A DNA stretch of 64,000 bases, taken from assembly GCA_002483345.1 (NCBI GenBank), contig DLHS01000003.1, forward strand, positions 8,959-72,958. The letters are read 5' to 3'. The notes under the pieces were generated by a model. It was not told the origin of the DNA. It was given only the letters and a program-made list of their open reading frames with translations, and searched no databases. The stretch comes from Bacteroidetes bacterium UBA7662. GTDB lineage: Bacteria; Bacteroidota; Bacteroidia; UBA7662. Positions 28,497-38,512 of the stretch are shown one piece after another; position 1 is the stretch's first letter, and the number at the start of each line of letters is the position of its first letter. The position numbers were made by a program, and so were the translations under genes.

Positions 28497-30011
28497 TTAC
28501 TTCACAAATTTAACCACTTCCAGACCATTCCCGGTTTGCAAACGAAGCTGGTAAATACCGCCAGCCAGAGCATTTACGTCCAGTTGCAGTTGGTTATGAC
28601 CCGCAGTGAGTTCAAAGCGTGCATTTTGAACCAACTGACCTTGCAGGTTATATATCCCGGCGCGGAGGCTTGTAGCCTCTTTTCCTTCCAGGCTGATATG
28701 CAACTGATCTGTCACCGGATTAGGATACACTTTTAAGGTATTCAAACCGGCTACAGAAGTATTGAGGGCAAAAGAACCAAAGTAATATTCTCTTTTTGAT
28801 ACATTGGTGTAAGCATCAGTAGCCATATCGAATTGCTCGCTCACCCATCTGAATACCCGGTTGTCACTGGAATAGTCATAAGTGTTTCGATTACCGAAAG
28901 CTGTCATCCAGCTATTATTCTGGTATATCTCTCCTTTTTCTTCCGTGAGATTCCCTGAAGCATCATAGGTCCAGCTCTCCCGGTAGCTGTTTTCCCAGTT
29001 GGCATTCACATAATCCTCACCCAGCACAGCGGTCAGTTGGCCGCCTGTAAATGTATAACTCGCGCGATTGTCATTCACCCAGACAGTATCTGCCCACAAC
29101 TGAACAACTGTTTCTGAAATCACACCGCCTGCCATGGTTGATGTACCTTTTTCTGTGTTTTCCCAGTTGCCCCCGATTTTGGTTTCCATGACATAATCAG
29201 TTGGTGTTCCTGCATAGGAATTTTCAGTCATGGCCACTTCTGTAAACAGAAAATTGCTTACATCGATGAGCCCGCCGAAAGTGGCAGAAAACCCGAAATA
29301 GCCCAGGCCAAAGTTTACATCACTGTATCGCTCTTCTTCCGGGTTCCAGGCCGAACCTGTCCAATAGGAAATAGTCAACCCCGTAGGTGCACTTCCTGCA
29401 CCAAAGGTAATACCCTGAAATCTGGTGTTTGGTGCCCAGGCAGCTGGAGTTGTCGAGAAATCAAATGAATAAGTCGTCGCTTCGGTCGGAATATTGCCGT
29501 TGTATGTGATGGCTATGGAGTCTCCTGAATTAAGTTCAAGGGTGCCGTTGTTGTCCTGATATATCAGGAGAGCGGTTTGGTTACCCCGGATATCATAATT
29601 CATCACAAAGCGGTTCATAACCACAGGCGGAGAACCTGGAATCGTCAGAACTGCCTCGATTTTAGTAGCATTACCGGTAGCATTATAGGTGTATTCATAG
29701 GTGTAGGCAGGGATGCTTATCGGGCCCTGAACGACATACATTGTAATACTGCTGATTTTGCCATTGGTGTAACGCACCCGATATGCGCCATCCTGTACCC
29801 AGGCAGCACCATCCCAACTGAAGGTTACTGCCGAATCGGGATAGCCGGAAGCAGCTACCCTGCTGTTGGCATTCGCAACTGGGAAACGCATGTCATTTTT
29901 CAACTGCTCCAGTTTAGGGTGCATTTTCAGGGTGCCAAACGGATGTTCAGGACGCGCTGCCTGCGTGCCGATGGCAAAAACGAGTACGCAAAATGTAAAA
30001 ATGTATTTCAT
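28497..30011 (-). CDS. Secreted protein with a T9SS type-A C-terminal sorting domain
   Basis: Signal peptide MKYIFTFCVLVFAIGTQA. C-terminus LKVYPNPVTDQLHISLEG...GIYQLRLQTGNGLEVVKFVK matches the Por CTD. Confidence 0.75.
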   Translation of the reverse strand: MKYIFTFCVLVFAIGTQAARPEHPFGTLKMHPKLEQLKNDMRFPVANANSRVAASGYPDSAVTFSWDGAAWVQDGAYRVRYTNGKISSITMYVVQGPISIPAYTYEYTYNATGNATKIEAVLTIPGSPPVVMNRFVMNYDIRGNQTALLIYQDNNGTLELNSGDSIAITYNGNIPTEATTYSFDFSTTPAAWAPNTRFQGITFGAGSAPTGLTISYWTGSAWNPEEERYSDVNFGLGYFGFSATFGGLIDVSNFLFTEVAMTENSYAGTPTDYVMETKIGGNWENTEKGTSTMAGGVISETVVQLWADTVWVNDNRASYTFTGGQLTAVLGEDYVNANWENSYRESWTYDASGNLTEEKGEIYQNNSWMTAFGNRNTYDYSSDNRVFRWVSEQFDMATDAYTNVSKREYYFGSFALNTSVAGLNTLKVYPNPVTDQLHISLEGKEATSLRAGIYNLQGQLVQNARFELTAGHNQLQLDVNALAGGIYQLRLQTGNGLEVVKFVK

Positions 30012-30319
30012 AGCAAAGAGTCGTTAGGTTAAATTTAAATCAAAGCTAAGATGAAAGACCCCTCAGTCATCCGCCACAGTTTATTAAATTGCGTTAAAAT
30101 CAGCCATTTTTGACATTTTTACTACAAAATACCCTGTTCAGGGTAGAACATACGGCCCCTTTCAGAAATCATACAACCAACCCGGATAACCCTGTCCCGA
30201 AGAGCTCCTACCTTTTAACAGGCCCGTCTCCGGCCAGACATTGTTAACACTTTAAGGTCTTGCAAACCGGATATTCATTTTACTGATTTTACCCTGTAAC
30301 TTCGCTTCAAACTTGTGCC

Positions 30320-31114
30320 ATGCTCAACTACATCCACTGGAACATCAACCCTGAAATCCTGCCCGATATCTTACCTGTACGCTGGTATGGCGTTCTTTTT
30401 ATGCTGGGGTTTGTCTTTGGGTACTATATACTCGAGCGCGTTTTTAAAGCAGAAAACAAACCTACCGCCTGGCTTGATTCTCTTTCGCTGTATGTAGGTG
30501 CCGGTACCATACTGGGTGCAAGACTGGGGCACTGTCTTTTCTACGAACCTGAATATTATCTGGGTCACCCGCTTGAAATCCTGAAAATATGGGAAGGCGG
30601 ACTGGCCAGTCACGGAGCAGCCGTCGGCATTTTATTGGCGCACTGGCTTTTTGCCCGTAAAATAAAAGACATCAGCTTCCTCTGGATTACCGACCGGATG
30701 GTGATAGTAGTAGCACTGGCTGCAGTCTGTATCCGAACAGGAAATCTGATGAATTCTGAAATTGTTGGTGCCCCTACCGACCTCCCCTGGGGTTTTGTAT
30801 TCGAACGCCTGGGTGAGAACTTTCCCCGTCACCCGACACAGATTTATGAAGCCCTCGCCTACCTGCTGATTTTTGGCTTCCTGTACCACCAATACTGGAA
30901 AAAAGGAGCCGGTGAAAAGCCGGGGCGACTTTTCGGCTATTTTTTGGTACTTGTTTTCGGATTCCGCTTTTTTGTGGAATACATCAAGGATGTACAGGTT
31001 GACTTCGAAAAATCGATGGCACTCAATATGGGGCAATGGCTGAGTATACCGCTGGTATTACTGGGCATCGTACTCATCCTGAGAAGCTCCAAAGCAGCTT
31101 CCGGGACTTCTTAA
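30320..31114 (+). CDS. lgt: Prolipoprotein diacylglyceryl transferase
   Basis: RWYGVLFMLGF...G..LGARLGHCLFYEP...H..GGLASHG core motifs of Lgt. Confidence 0.85.
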   Translation: MLNYIHWNINPEILPDILPVRWYGVLFMLGFVFGYYILERVFKAENKPTAWLDSLSLYVGAGTILGARLGHCLFYEPEYYLGHPLEILKIWEGGLASHGAAVGILLAHWLFARKIKDISFLWITDRMVIVVALAAVCIRTGNLMNSEIVGAPTDLPWGFVFERLGENFPRHPTQIYEALAYLLIFGFLYHQYWKKGAGEKPGRLFGYFLVLVFGFRFFVEYIKDVQVDFEKSMALNMGQWLSIPLVLLGIVLILRSSKAASGTS

Positions 31115-32589
31115 TAGCTTTGCAGAAATCGCTTGGAGGCTACGATGTCATCGTGCAGCAAACGGTCTTCTGCCAGAAAAGGCACTTTTTTACGGTAGGC
31201 AGCCAGTAGTTTGCTGAGTCCCGCGGATGTTTTCCAGTCTCCCCTTAAATCAAACGCCTGGGCCGCATTCATCAGCTCAATGGCCAGAATGGTTTCTACA
31301 TTGTCAAGTACCCGGTACAGTTTGGTAGCAGCATTGGCCCCCATGCTAACATGGTCTTCCTGTCCGTTCGAGGAAGTAATGGAATCAATAGATGCCGGCA
31401 CCGCCAGTTGTTTGTTCTGACTGGCAATGGATGCGGCTGTATACTGCGGTATCATCAGGCCACTGTTCAGGCCGGAATGGGCTATCAGGAAAGCAGGGAG
31501 TCCCCTGCTGCCGGAAATAAGCTGATAGGTACGGCGTTCACTGATAGCACCCAGCTCAGCCATCGCAATCGCCAGAAAATCGAGGGCGAAAGCGAGCGGC
31601 TGTCCATGAAAATTACCTCCGGATATAATCATATCCTCTTCCGGGAAAAGATTCGGATTATCGCTGACAGCGTTTATTTCGGTCTCAAAAACAGAAGCCG
31701 CATGTAACCAGGTATCGTAGCTGGCACCATGTACCTGCGGCACACAACGAAATGAATACGGATCCTGCACGGCTGTTTTGGTACGGGCGGCCGTAGGGCT
31801 GCCAGTCAGCCAGTCGCGGATAGCAGCGGCTACATGCTGCTGGCCCAAATGGGGACGTACTTCATGAACCAATGGATGAAAAGGTTCTGTGCGGCAGTCA
31901 AAGGCCTCTATCGAGAGGGCTGCTATCATCGCTGCCTGATCTATCAGCTGCTGTCCTTTCAATATAGCATAAACGCCATAGGCCGACATAAACTGGGTAC
32001 CGTTCAAAAGTGCCAACCCTTCTTTGGCCTGCAAAACAATGGGCTCCCAGCCAAAAGTAGGCAACAAGCTGCTGCTGTGCGTTATATTGCCGTTTACCCA
32101 TACCTCTCCCAACCCCAGCAAAGGCAAAGAAAGATGTGCGAGCGGTGCCAGATCACCGGATGCTCCCAAAGAGCCCTGTTCATAAACAACCGGCAATACA
32201 TCATGGTTGTATAAATCTACCAGGCGTTGTACGGTTGCCAACTGTACCCCGGAATGACCGTATGCCAACGACTGAATCTTCAACACCAGCATCAGACGGA
32301 TAATGGCAACCGGAACCATATTACCGGTTCCACAGGCGTGCGACATCACCAGATTGCGTTGCAGGCTGGAAAGATCATTTTTGGAGATAGCAATGTCGCA
32401 GAGCGAACCAAAGCCGGTATTAATGCCGTAAAAAAGCTGGTCACTGTCAGCCAGCTTATCATCAAGGTATTTTTTACAGGCCTGGATACGTGCCACGGCC
32501 TGTGTACTGAGCGCGAGTTTGTTACCCGGCTCCATCAATTCGCCCAAGGTCGAAAAATCAAGCGGTTCTCCCAGGTAGATGGTTTTCAT
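31111..32589 (-). CDS. hutH: Histidine ammonia-lyase (MIO-dependent aromatic amino-acid lyase family)
   Basis: MIO-forming GASGDLAPLAHL. Selectivity motif LVMSHACG (Ser-His) indicates HAL rather than TAL/PAL. Confidence 0.8.
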   Translation of the reverse strand: MKTIYLGEPLDFSTLGELMEPGNKLALSTQAVARIQACKKYLDDKLADSDQLFYGINTGFGSLCDIAISKNDLSSLQRNLVMSHACGTGNMVPVAIIRLMLVLKIQSLAYGHSGVQLATVQRLVDLYNHDVLPVVYEQGSLGASGDLAPLAHLSLPLLGLGEVWVNGNITHSSSLLPTFGWEPIVLQAKEGLALLNGTQFMSAYGVYAILKGQQLIDQAAMIAALSIEAFDCRTEPFHPLVHEVRPHLGQQHVAAAIRDWLTGSPTAARTKTAVQDPYSFRCVPQVHGASYDTWLHAASVFETEINAVSDNPNLFPEEDMIISGGNFHGQPLAFALDFLAIAMAELGAISERRTYQLISGSRGLPAFLIAHSGLNSGLMIPQYTAASIASQNKQLAVPASIDSITSSNGQEDHVSMGANAATKLYRVLDNVETILAIELMNAAQAFDLRGDWKTSAGLSKLLAAYRKKVPFLAEDRLLHDDIVASKRFLQSY

Positions 32590-33965
32590 AAAGCATTCTT
32601 TAGATGTTGAGCCAGCTGATTTATACCTACAGGACTTTGCTGACCGGAACGAATATCCTTGAGCATGACCGATTGCCCGGCAACTTCCTGATCACCAATC
32701 AGGGCGAGGTAAGGAATGGCCTTGGCTTCCGCATAAGAAAAAGCCTTTTTCATCTTACCGGCCTCCAGATACAATTCCGCTGCCATTCCAGCCGCCCTGA
32801 GCTGTCGCAAAAGTGAACCGGCATACTCAAACTGAGCGTCATCAAAGATGTAAAGCAGTATATCACTCGACCGCTGGACTGTTTCCGGGAAAAGGTTGAG
32901 TTGTTCCATCACATCCAGTATCCTTTCGGCACCGAAAGAAATCCCTACCCCCGTTAAACCATCCACTCCGAAAATGCCGGTGAGATTGTCGTAGCGACCA
33001 CCACCGCCTATGCTACCCATGGCCACTTCGTGGGTTACCACCTCCAGGATGGTTCCGGTATAATAGTCTAAGCCTCGGGCGAGGGTCGGGTCAAACACAA
33101 GGTGTTTTCCCAAATCAAAAGGCTCGATCAACTTAAACAAAAGATGCAATTCTTCCAGCCCTTTGTGCAGATGGGCATCCTCAGAAAAAGCAGCCAGTGC
33201 AGCCCATTTTTCGGACGTCACGGTTTTCTCCAACACACCAAAAAAAGCATTTATGTTATTCTCTGAAGCGCCATGGGCAACCATTTCGGCTGTCATGGCT
33301 TCTCTGCCTATTTTATCCAGTTTGTCAAGTATCACAATAAATTCCGTGACCTTCTGGCCCATGCCGATGGCTTGCGCTATACCGGCAAATAACTTTCTGT
33401 TGTTGATACGAACACTGAAATCACGAAACCCTAGTTTTTTGAATACGGTGACGTAAATAGCACATAGTTCAGCCTCGTTAAACAATGAATCTGACCCGAT
33501 CACATCGGCATCGCACTGATAAAACTCCCGGTAACGGCCTTTCTGAGGCCTGTCAGCCCGCCAGACGGGCTGAATCTGGTATCTTTTGAAAGGAAAGGCG
33601 ATGTTGTGCCGGTTCATGGAAACATACCGGGCCAAAGGCACGGTAAGATCATACCGAAGCGCTTTTTCACTCACCAGGCTGGTGAAAGAACGGGATTGGT
33701 TTTCTTTCGCGCTTTCGAAATCGTTGGTATCCACCTCCTTCAGGTAGTCACCCGAATTGAGGATTTTAAAAATGAGCCTGTCACCTTCCTCGCCGTATTT
33801 TCCGGTGAGGGTGCTCAGGTTTTCCATCGCAGGTGTTTCCAGGGGCTGATAGCCGTATTGTCTGAAAACGCCTTCAATGATATTGAAGATGTACTTACGT
33901 TTGGCCATCAGGGCCGGGCCGAAATCTCGGGTGCCTCTGGCGAGACTGGGTTTAATGGTTTGCAT
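32586..33965 (-). CDS. hisS: Histidine--tRNA ligase
   Basis: Class II aaRS motifs: N-terminal RGTRDFGP, motif 2 region FYQCDADVIG, motif 3 GGGRYDNL, plus anticodon-binding domain. Confidence 0.9.
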   Translation of the reverse strand: MQTIKPSLARGTRDFGPALMAKRKYIFNIIEGVFRQYGYQPLETPAMENLSTLTGKYGEEGDRLIFKILNSGDYLKEVDTNDFESAKENQSRSFTSLVSEKALRYDLTVPLARYVSMNRHNIAFPFKRYQIQPVWRADRPQKGRYREFYQCDADVIGSDSLFNEAELCAIYVTVFKKLGFRDFSVRINNRKLFAGIAQAIGMGQKVTEFIVILDKLDKIGREAMTAEMVAHGASENNINAFFGVLEKTVTSEKWAALAAFSEDAHLHKGLEELHLLFKLIEPFDLGKHLVFDPTLARGLDYYTGTILEVVTHEVAMGSIGGGGRYDNLTGIFGVDGLTGVGISFGAERILDVMEQLNLFPETVQRSSDILLYIFDDAQFEYAGSLLRQLRAAGMAAELYLEAGKMKKAFSYAEAKAIPYLALIGDQEVAGQSVMLKDIRSGQQSPVGINQLAQHLKNAL

Positions 33966-33989
33966 CCGGTGTGTGCTTACCGGGCAAAA

Positions 33990-35432
33990 TTACACGGTAC
34001 TGATCTTAATTTTCTTCTGAATATCTTCCACGAAGCCTTTAAACTTACGGTCGGTCTCCATGAGGTCTTCTACGGTCTGGCAAGAGTGAATTACCGTACT
34101 GTGATCGCGGCCGCCAAAGTACTCTCCAATGGTTTTGAGGCTGTTTTTAGTCAGTTTTTTGGCGAAATACATCGAAATCTGACGGGCCTGTACGATTTCC
34201 CGCTTGCGGGTTTTGGCCTTCAGCAAGTCTACCGGCAGATCAAAATACTCGCAAACGAGGTTTTGAATACTCTCAATAGAAATTTCCAGTGATACGTTGC
34301 GGACAAAATTACGCATTACCACTTTGGCGAGTTCAATATCCGGCTGTTTGTTATTCAGCGTTGTATAAGCAAGCAGGGAGGTTATGGCTCCTTCCAGCTC
34401 GCGTATGTTGGTAGTGATGTTGTGGGCGATGAACTCAACCACCTCCCTGGGCAGTTCAATACCATCGGCGTACATCTTCATCTCGAGTATGGCTACCCTG
34501 GTTTCGAAATCAGGCACCTGCAGATCGGTGCTCAAACCCCATTTGAAACGGGAGAGCAGCCTTTCCTCCATCCCTTTCAGGTCCTTGGGTGCCCGGTCAC
34601 TGGTAAGTATGAGCTGCTTGCCGGTCTGGTGGAGGTGGTTGAAGATGTGGAAGAAAACGTCCTGGGTCTTCTCCTTGTTGGCGAAGTTGTGTACGTCATC
34701 AATCACCAGCACATCGATGAGCTGATAGAAGTTCACAAAGTCGTTGGCGGAATTATTCCGGAGCGAATCAATGAACTGCTGGGTGAATTTTTCCGCAGTT
34801 ACGTAGAGAACTGTTTTGTTCGGGAAATTGAGTTTCACCTGATTGCCGATGGCCTGTACCAGGTGAGACTTGCCCAACCCTACTGCACCGTAAATCATCA
34901 AAGGATTAAAAGAGGTGCCGCCTGGTTTGGAGGCGACCGCCATACCAGCCGAACGGGCCAGGCGGTTGGAATCGCCTTCTACGAAGTTTTCGAATGAATA
35001 TCGCGGGTTAAGCTGCGAATCGATGTTAATCTTTTTGAGACCCGGAATGATGAACGGGTTTTTAATCGACGAGCCGATGTTCATCGGAACGGTCAGATCA
35101 GGATTTTTGGCTTTCATGCCGTTGCCAGGCATGTTGATGGTATACGGCGCTTTGTCGGCGGTGGCATGCTCCATCACTATGCTGTACTCCAGACGACCTT
35201 CTGCCCCGAGCTCCCGACGAATGGTTTTATGCAGCAAATTGACGTAGTGCTCTTCCAGCCACTCATAAAAAAACTGGCTCGGCACCTGAATCGTCAGTAC
35301 GTTATCCTTCAGACGCACCGGTTTGATGGGCTCAAACCAGGTCTTAAAACTCTGAGGATTCACGTTGTCGCGTATGATCGACAAACAGTTGCTCCATACC
35401 ATTTCCATCGTTCTCTCCATAGGCTCGTTCAT
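33990..35432 (-). CDS. dnaA: Chromosomal replication initiator DnaA
   Basis: AAA+ Walker A GAVGLGKSHL, Walker B LVIDDVHNF, and C-terminal DNA-binding domain with the DnaA signature (IVQARQISMYFAKKLT...GGRDHSTVIHSCQ). Confidence 0.95.
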   Translation of the reverse strand: MNEPMERTMEMVWSNCLSIIRDNVNPQSFKTWFEPIKPVRLKDNVLTIQVPSQFFYEWLEEHYVNLLHKTIRRELGAEGRLEYSIVMEHATADKAPYTINMPGNGMKAKNPDLTVPMNIGSSIKNPFIIPGLKKINIDSQLNPRYSFENFVEGDSNRLARSAGMAVASKPGGTSFNPLMIYGAVGLGKSHLVQAIGNQVKLNFPNKTVLYVTAEKFTQQFIDSLRNNSANDFVNFYQLIDVLVIDDVHNFANKEKTQDVFFHIFNHLHQTGKQLILTSDRAPKDLKGMEERLLSRFKWGLSTDLQVPDFETRVAILEMKMYADGIELPREVVEFIAHNITTNIRELEGAITSLLAYTTLNNKQPDIELAKVVMRNFVRNVSLEISIESIQNLVCEYFDLPVDLLKAKTRKREIVQARQISMYFAKKLTKNSLKTIGEYFGGRDHSTVIHSCQTVEDLMETDRKFKGFVEDIQKKIKISTV

Positions 35433-35754
35433 AGTATCCGAATTGGTCGGGAGGTCGAATATGAAACAAAAAAACTTCTCTAAAAAACTCCGAAACCTCT
35501 TGACTTTGTTAGAAGAATGACAAGGGGCTGAATAGCACGTGATTTACCAACATCTAGCTGCAAAACTTTTTCTAAAAAGTTTTTAGACGAATCGCTTGAC
35601 TTTTATTTATAAATTATATGAAATTGATAATCAGTTAGTTACAAAACATTTAACTATTTAGTAATGATTTGTTCACATAGTTATCCCAATTGTTTCTTAT
35701 GTAATGTGCTTTAAATCAGCAGCCTTCCATTTGTGCCTTTCGGGTACTAACGAA
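35433..35754. other. Candidate oriC: AT-rich dnaA-upstream spacer with DnaA-box-like 9-mers
   Basis: TTGTTCACA and TTATCCCAA (7/9 matches to TTATCCACA) at 35669-35695, plus an AT-rich run TTTTATTTATAAATTATATGAAATTGATAAT. No convincing ORF. Confidence 0.3.
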
Positions 35755-36678
35755 CTAACCAACATTTGCGCTCCGATTCCGATAAGTCCGCCTTTTTTTA
35801 CCCGACTTTTCAAATCTAAAATCTATGCGTCCCAATCTAATACCAGAGTGTCCGACCTGTGCTATGAGCGTAGCTTTTCCTCCCGGATTTTGCACTTCCA
35901 CCGGAGGGTCAAGGAAGCTGTGCGTATGCCCTCCGATAATTAAATCTATCCCCTCAACCTGAGCTGCCAACAATCGATCTGAAACCCTGTTGTCCTTGTA
36001 CTGATACCCCAGGTGCGAGAGACAAATGATAAAGTCAACCTCCAGCTCTCTAAACATGGCAACCTGTGCTTTGGCAACGGATACGGGATCCCAATAGCGT
36101 ATTTTCCCGAACAATCTGGCCGGTATCAAACCATCGGGACTAATGCCGAGACCGAAAACACCTATACGAAGCGGGCCTTTCTGAATAATGATATGCGGTT
36201 TCACCTTACCTGCCAGCACCGTTTCACTGAAATCATAGTTGGCAACTACAAAAGGGAACGTTACATGCTGCAATTGTTTGGCGAAATTTTCGATGCCTTC
36301 GTCAAAATCATGGTTACCCATAGTAGCCACTTCATAACCCATGGCCTCCATGGCCTTCATCTCTGGTTCACCTTTGAAAAAATTGAAATAAGGCGTCCCC
36401 TGGAAGATGTCCCCGGCATCGACAAGCAAGGTATGGGCCGTCGATTGCCTGATCTGATCAATCAGCTGCTTGCGGCGGGCGACTCCTCCCAGCCCTGCAT
36501 ATTGTCCCTCCGGATAGGGATCCAGGCGGCTGTGGGTGTCGTTGGTATGGAGCAGACTGAGGCTTATCACCTCGTCATCGGGCAACGCCCACAAACCTGA
36601 GGGCATCAAAACTGCAGCAGCGGCTACCACAGAAGCCTGCCGGACAAAATCGCGGCGCCCTTTATCGAATTCTTCCAT
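35755..36678 (-). CDS. Metallophosphatase (5'-nucleotidase N-terminal domain) with a Tat signal
   Basis: Twin-arginine motif RRDFVRQASVVAAAAVL. Calcineurin-like motifs GNHDFD, GHTH. Confidence 0.8.
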   Translation of the reverse strand: MEEFDKGRRDFVRQASVVAAAAVLMPSGLWALPDDEVISLSLLHTNDTHSRLDPYPEGQYAGLGGVARRKQLIDQIRQSTAHTLLVDAGDIFQGTPYFNFFKGEPEMKAMEAMGYEVATMGNHDFDEGIENFAKQLQHVTFPFVVANYDFSETVLAGKVKPHIIIQKGPLRIGVFGLGISPDGLIPARLFGKIRYWDPVSVAKAQVAMFRELEVDFIICLSHLGYQYKDNRVSDRLLAAQVEGIDLIIGGHTHSFLDPPVEVQNPGGKATLIAQVGHSGIRLGRIDFRFEKSGKKRRTYRNRSANVG

Positions 36679-37399
36679 CGGTCATGGGTTTGAGAACAAT
36701 ACCATCCCGGTGCATGCCACGGAAAGCTGTCACATATAAATCACGCAGCAGTTCCGGGGTACGTTGGCTGATACGGGCTTCCTTCAGAAAATCACATCCA
36801 TCTCCGCCCTCCGCCAGATAATCAATGGTAGCCAGTTTATAACGGGCATTCATATCTATGGGCTTGCCCCCGATGGTAACATCAACAGCCTTTCCTTCTC
36901 TCCTGATAAAACGAACGCCTGCCAGCGGAGTCCCGCCTTTGGCTGCCCAGTGATCCAGCAATTGCTGAAGGAGCCTGCCGTCCAGGTCGAGTATCACCAC
37001 ATAATTCATAAATGGCATGATTTCCATCACTGCCCCCATGGTTACCTGCCCGGCCGGCAGCGCGGCTCGTATGCCGCCATAATTTAATAAAGCCACCTCA
37101 ACGGGTTCATATTTACGACTTACCTCAATAAGCATGATATCTGCCAGCAAATTGCCTAAGGCAGACTCCGGCTGGGCTTTGACCATCACCGCATCACTTT
37201 GAATCAGCACAGCATTTACTTCTTTTTCCAGGCTGTCCCGGTATGGCCGTAAGGCGACTCTTAACAGGCTGTCTCCCCCGCGATAAGAACTATCTATCTT
37301 GTACTGCTCTGTTTGCAGGTTGTTGGGCCTGTAGCTTGCAGTTTTACAGGATACAAATGCCACTGTAAACAGCAGCCACAACAGCCAATGCCTGTTCAT
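36662..37399 (-). CDS. 5'-nucleotidase C-terminal-domain lipoprotein
   Basis: Own lipoprotein signal MNRHWLLWLLFTVAFVSC and a 5'-NT C-terminal substrate-binding region. Overlaps the N-domain gene by 17 nt. Confidence 0.75.
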   Translation of the reverse strand: MNRHWLLWLLFTVAFVSCKTASYRPNNLQTEQYKIDSSYRGGDSLLRVALRPYRDSLEKEVNAVLIQSDAVMVKAQPESALGNLLADIMLIEVSRKYEPVEVALLNYGGIRAALPAGQVTMGAVMEIMPFMNYVVILDLDGRLLQQLLDHWAAKGGTPLAGVRFIRREGKAVDVTIGGKPIDMNARYKLATIDYLAEGGDGCDFLKEARISQRTPELLRDLYVTAFRGMHRDGIVLKPMTDGRIR

Positions 37400-37914
37400 A
37401 AACGGTCTGTTTCACGCCGCAACTGGATAAGTGCATTGGCGGTTGGATAAACTGCACGTCCGCGCAGCAATTCAAACAAACGCCGGCTATAATCCATGGC
37501 AGTTGCTTCCGGTCCTAAACCCTGTGCGGCCTGGTTGACAACAGCAGTAACATCCTCTTTCGCTGATCTGATGGCTTCCCATGTATCGGCATGCAGGTAT
37601 ATCTGCTGCGCCATGTTGTGCTCGTATTCTGCCCTTATACTGGTGAGCAAGGTCAGCTGTAAGGTTTGCGCATTCATACCTGCTTCACTGAGCCGGTGCA
37701 CCATGGCCTCGGGAGAGATGCGCTCCAGAAATAAAGCCAGGCGCTCCGCAGCCTGCAAACGAACAGGCAGTAAATGTTTCAGTTGCTCTTGTCTGATTTG
37801 CTGTTGCTGTAACTCCTGTGTCTTGTGAAACTGCCAGCGCAGGACACGGTCAGTGGTCCACAAAACCACGAGTGAAGGCAAAATGTACTTGAGAATTTCC
37901 AGGATATCGGACAT
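37396..37914 (-). CDS. Hypothetical membrane-anchored protein
   Basis: N-terminal TM helix ILKYILPSLVVLW, Q-rich coiled region. 4-nt overlap with the downstream gene. Confidence 0.4.
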   Translation of the reverse strand: MSDILEILKYILPSLVVLWTTDRVLRWQFHKTQELQQQQIRQEQLKHLLPVRLQAAERLALFLERISPEAMVHRLSEAGMNAQTLQLTLLTSIRAEYEHNMAQQIYLHADTWEAIRSAKEDVTAVVNQAAQGLGPEATAMDYSRRLFELLRGRAVYPTANALIQLRRETDRL

Positions 37915-38040
37915 ACTGTATCAGTTATGTCAAAAATACAACTAATTAGCTGCGCTGAGCCTATCCCAGGGTGTTAAGGGTTGGTTAAGGCCCACCGCTA
38001 CGCTGTTCCGCGAGTGCCGCAGATGAGGCCCCCTCCGTTT

Positions 38041-38119
38041 AACCCGTTTTGCCGTTTAAACCGTTTAACCCCATTACCGTCCCCTTCTCGCCCTCTCGCC
38101 TCTCGAAATCTCGATGTCT
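38041..38119. repeat. Composite repeat: CCGTTTAAC-type units fused to CTCTCGCC units and a solo MITE terminus (TCTCGCCTCTCGAAATCTCGATGTCT)
   Basis: AACCCGTTTTGCCGTTTAAACCGTTTAACC...CTTCTCGCCCTCTCGCCTCTCGAAATCTCGATGTCTG. The last 26 nt are identical to the right end of the 38513-38666 element. Confidence 0.8.
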
Positions 38120-38165
38120 GCAAAAAATTGAACCATCCTCCCTAACTTTGCCTTAATTAGTCCGT

Positions 38166-38507
38166 ATGGAAACCAATACCTCAAAACTCTTGCACATTAC
38201 TGATTCCGCTCTGCTGGAACTACGGCAACTGGCTGCAGAAAATCTTGCTCCGGAGAAGGTCATCCGCATAGGTGTAAAAGGAGGAGGCTGCTCAGGCATG
38301 ACCTATATATTGGATTATCAGGAGAAACAACCCAACGACATCTTACTTGAATTTGAAGGCCTCGCTGTAGCCATCGCTCCTGCCCATGCCATTTATCTGG
38401 AAGGTGTAAAACTTGATTTCGGCCGGGGGCTTGACAACCGCGGCTTCATCTTCGAAAACCCCAACGCCAGCGAAACCTGCGGTTGCGGAACTTCGTTTGC
38501 CGTGTAG
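38166..38507 (+). CDS. Iron-sulfur cluster insertion protein (HesB/IscA/ErpA family)
   Basis: A-type carrier signature: conserved Cys in GGGCSG and C-terminal CGCGTSFAV. Confidence 0.85.
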   Translation: METNTSKLLHITDSALLELRQLAAENLAPEKVIRIGVKGGGCSGMTYILDYQEKQPNDILLEFEGLAVAIAPAHAIYLEGVKLDFGRGLDNRGFIFENPNASETCGCGTSFAV

Positions 38508-38512
38508 TCTTT

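Noticed and set aside
31111-32589. Tyrosine/phenylalanine ammonia-lyase (flexirubin-type) instead of HAL
   Set aside because: The selectivity motif is Ser-His (LVMSHACG) as in histidine ammonia-lyases, not His-Leu or Phe-Leu. There are no polyketide or dar genes nearby.
35704-35943. 79-aa ORF at the right edge of the candidate oriC
   Set aside because: It overlaps the 5'-nucleotidase gene on the opposite strand, lacks a start context and shows no domain. It is likely spurious.
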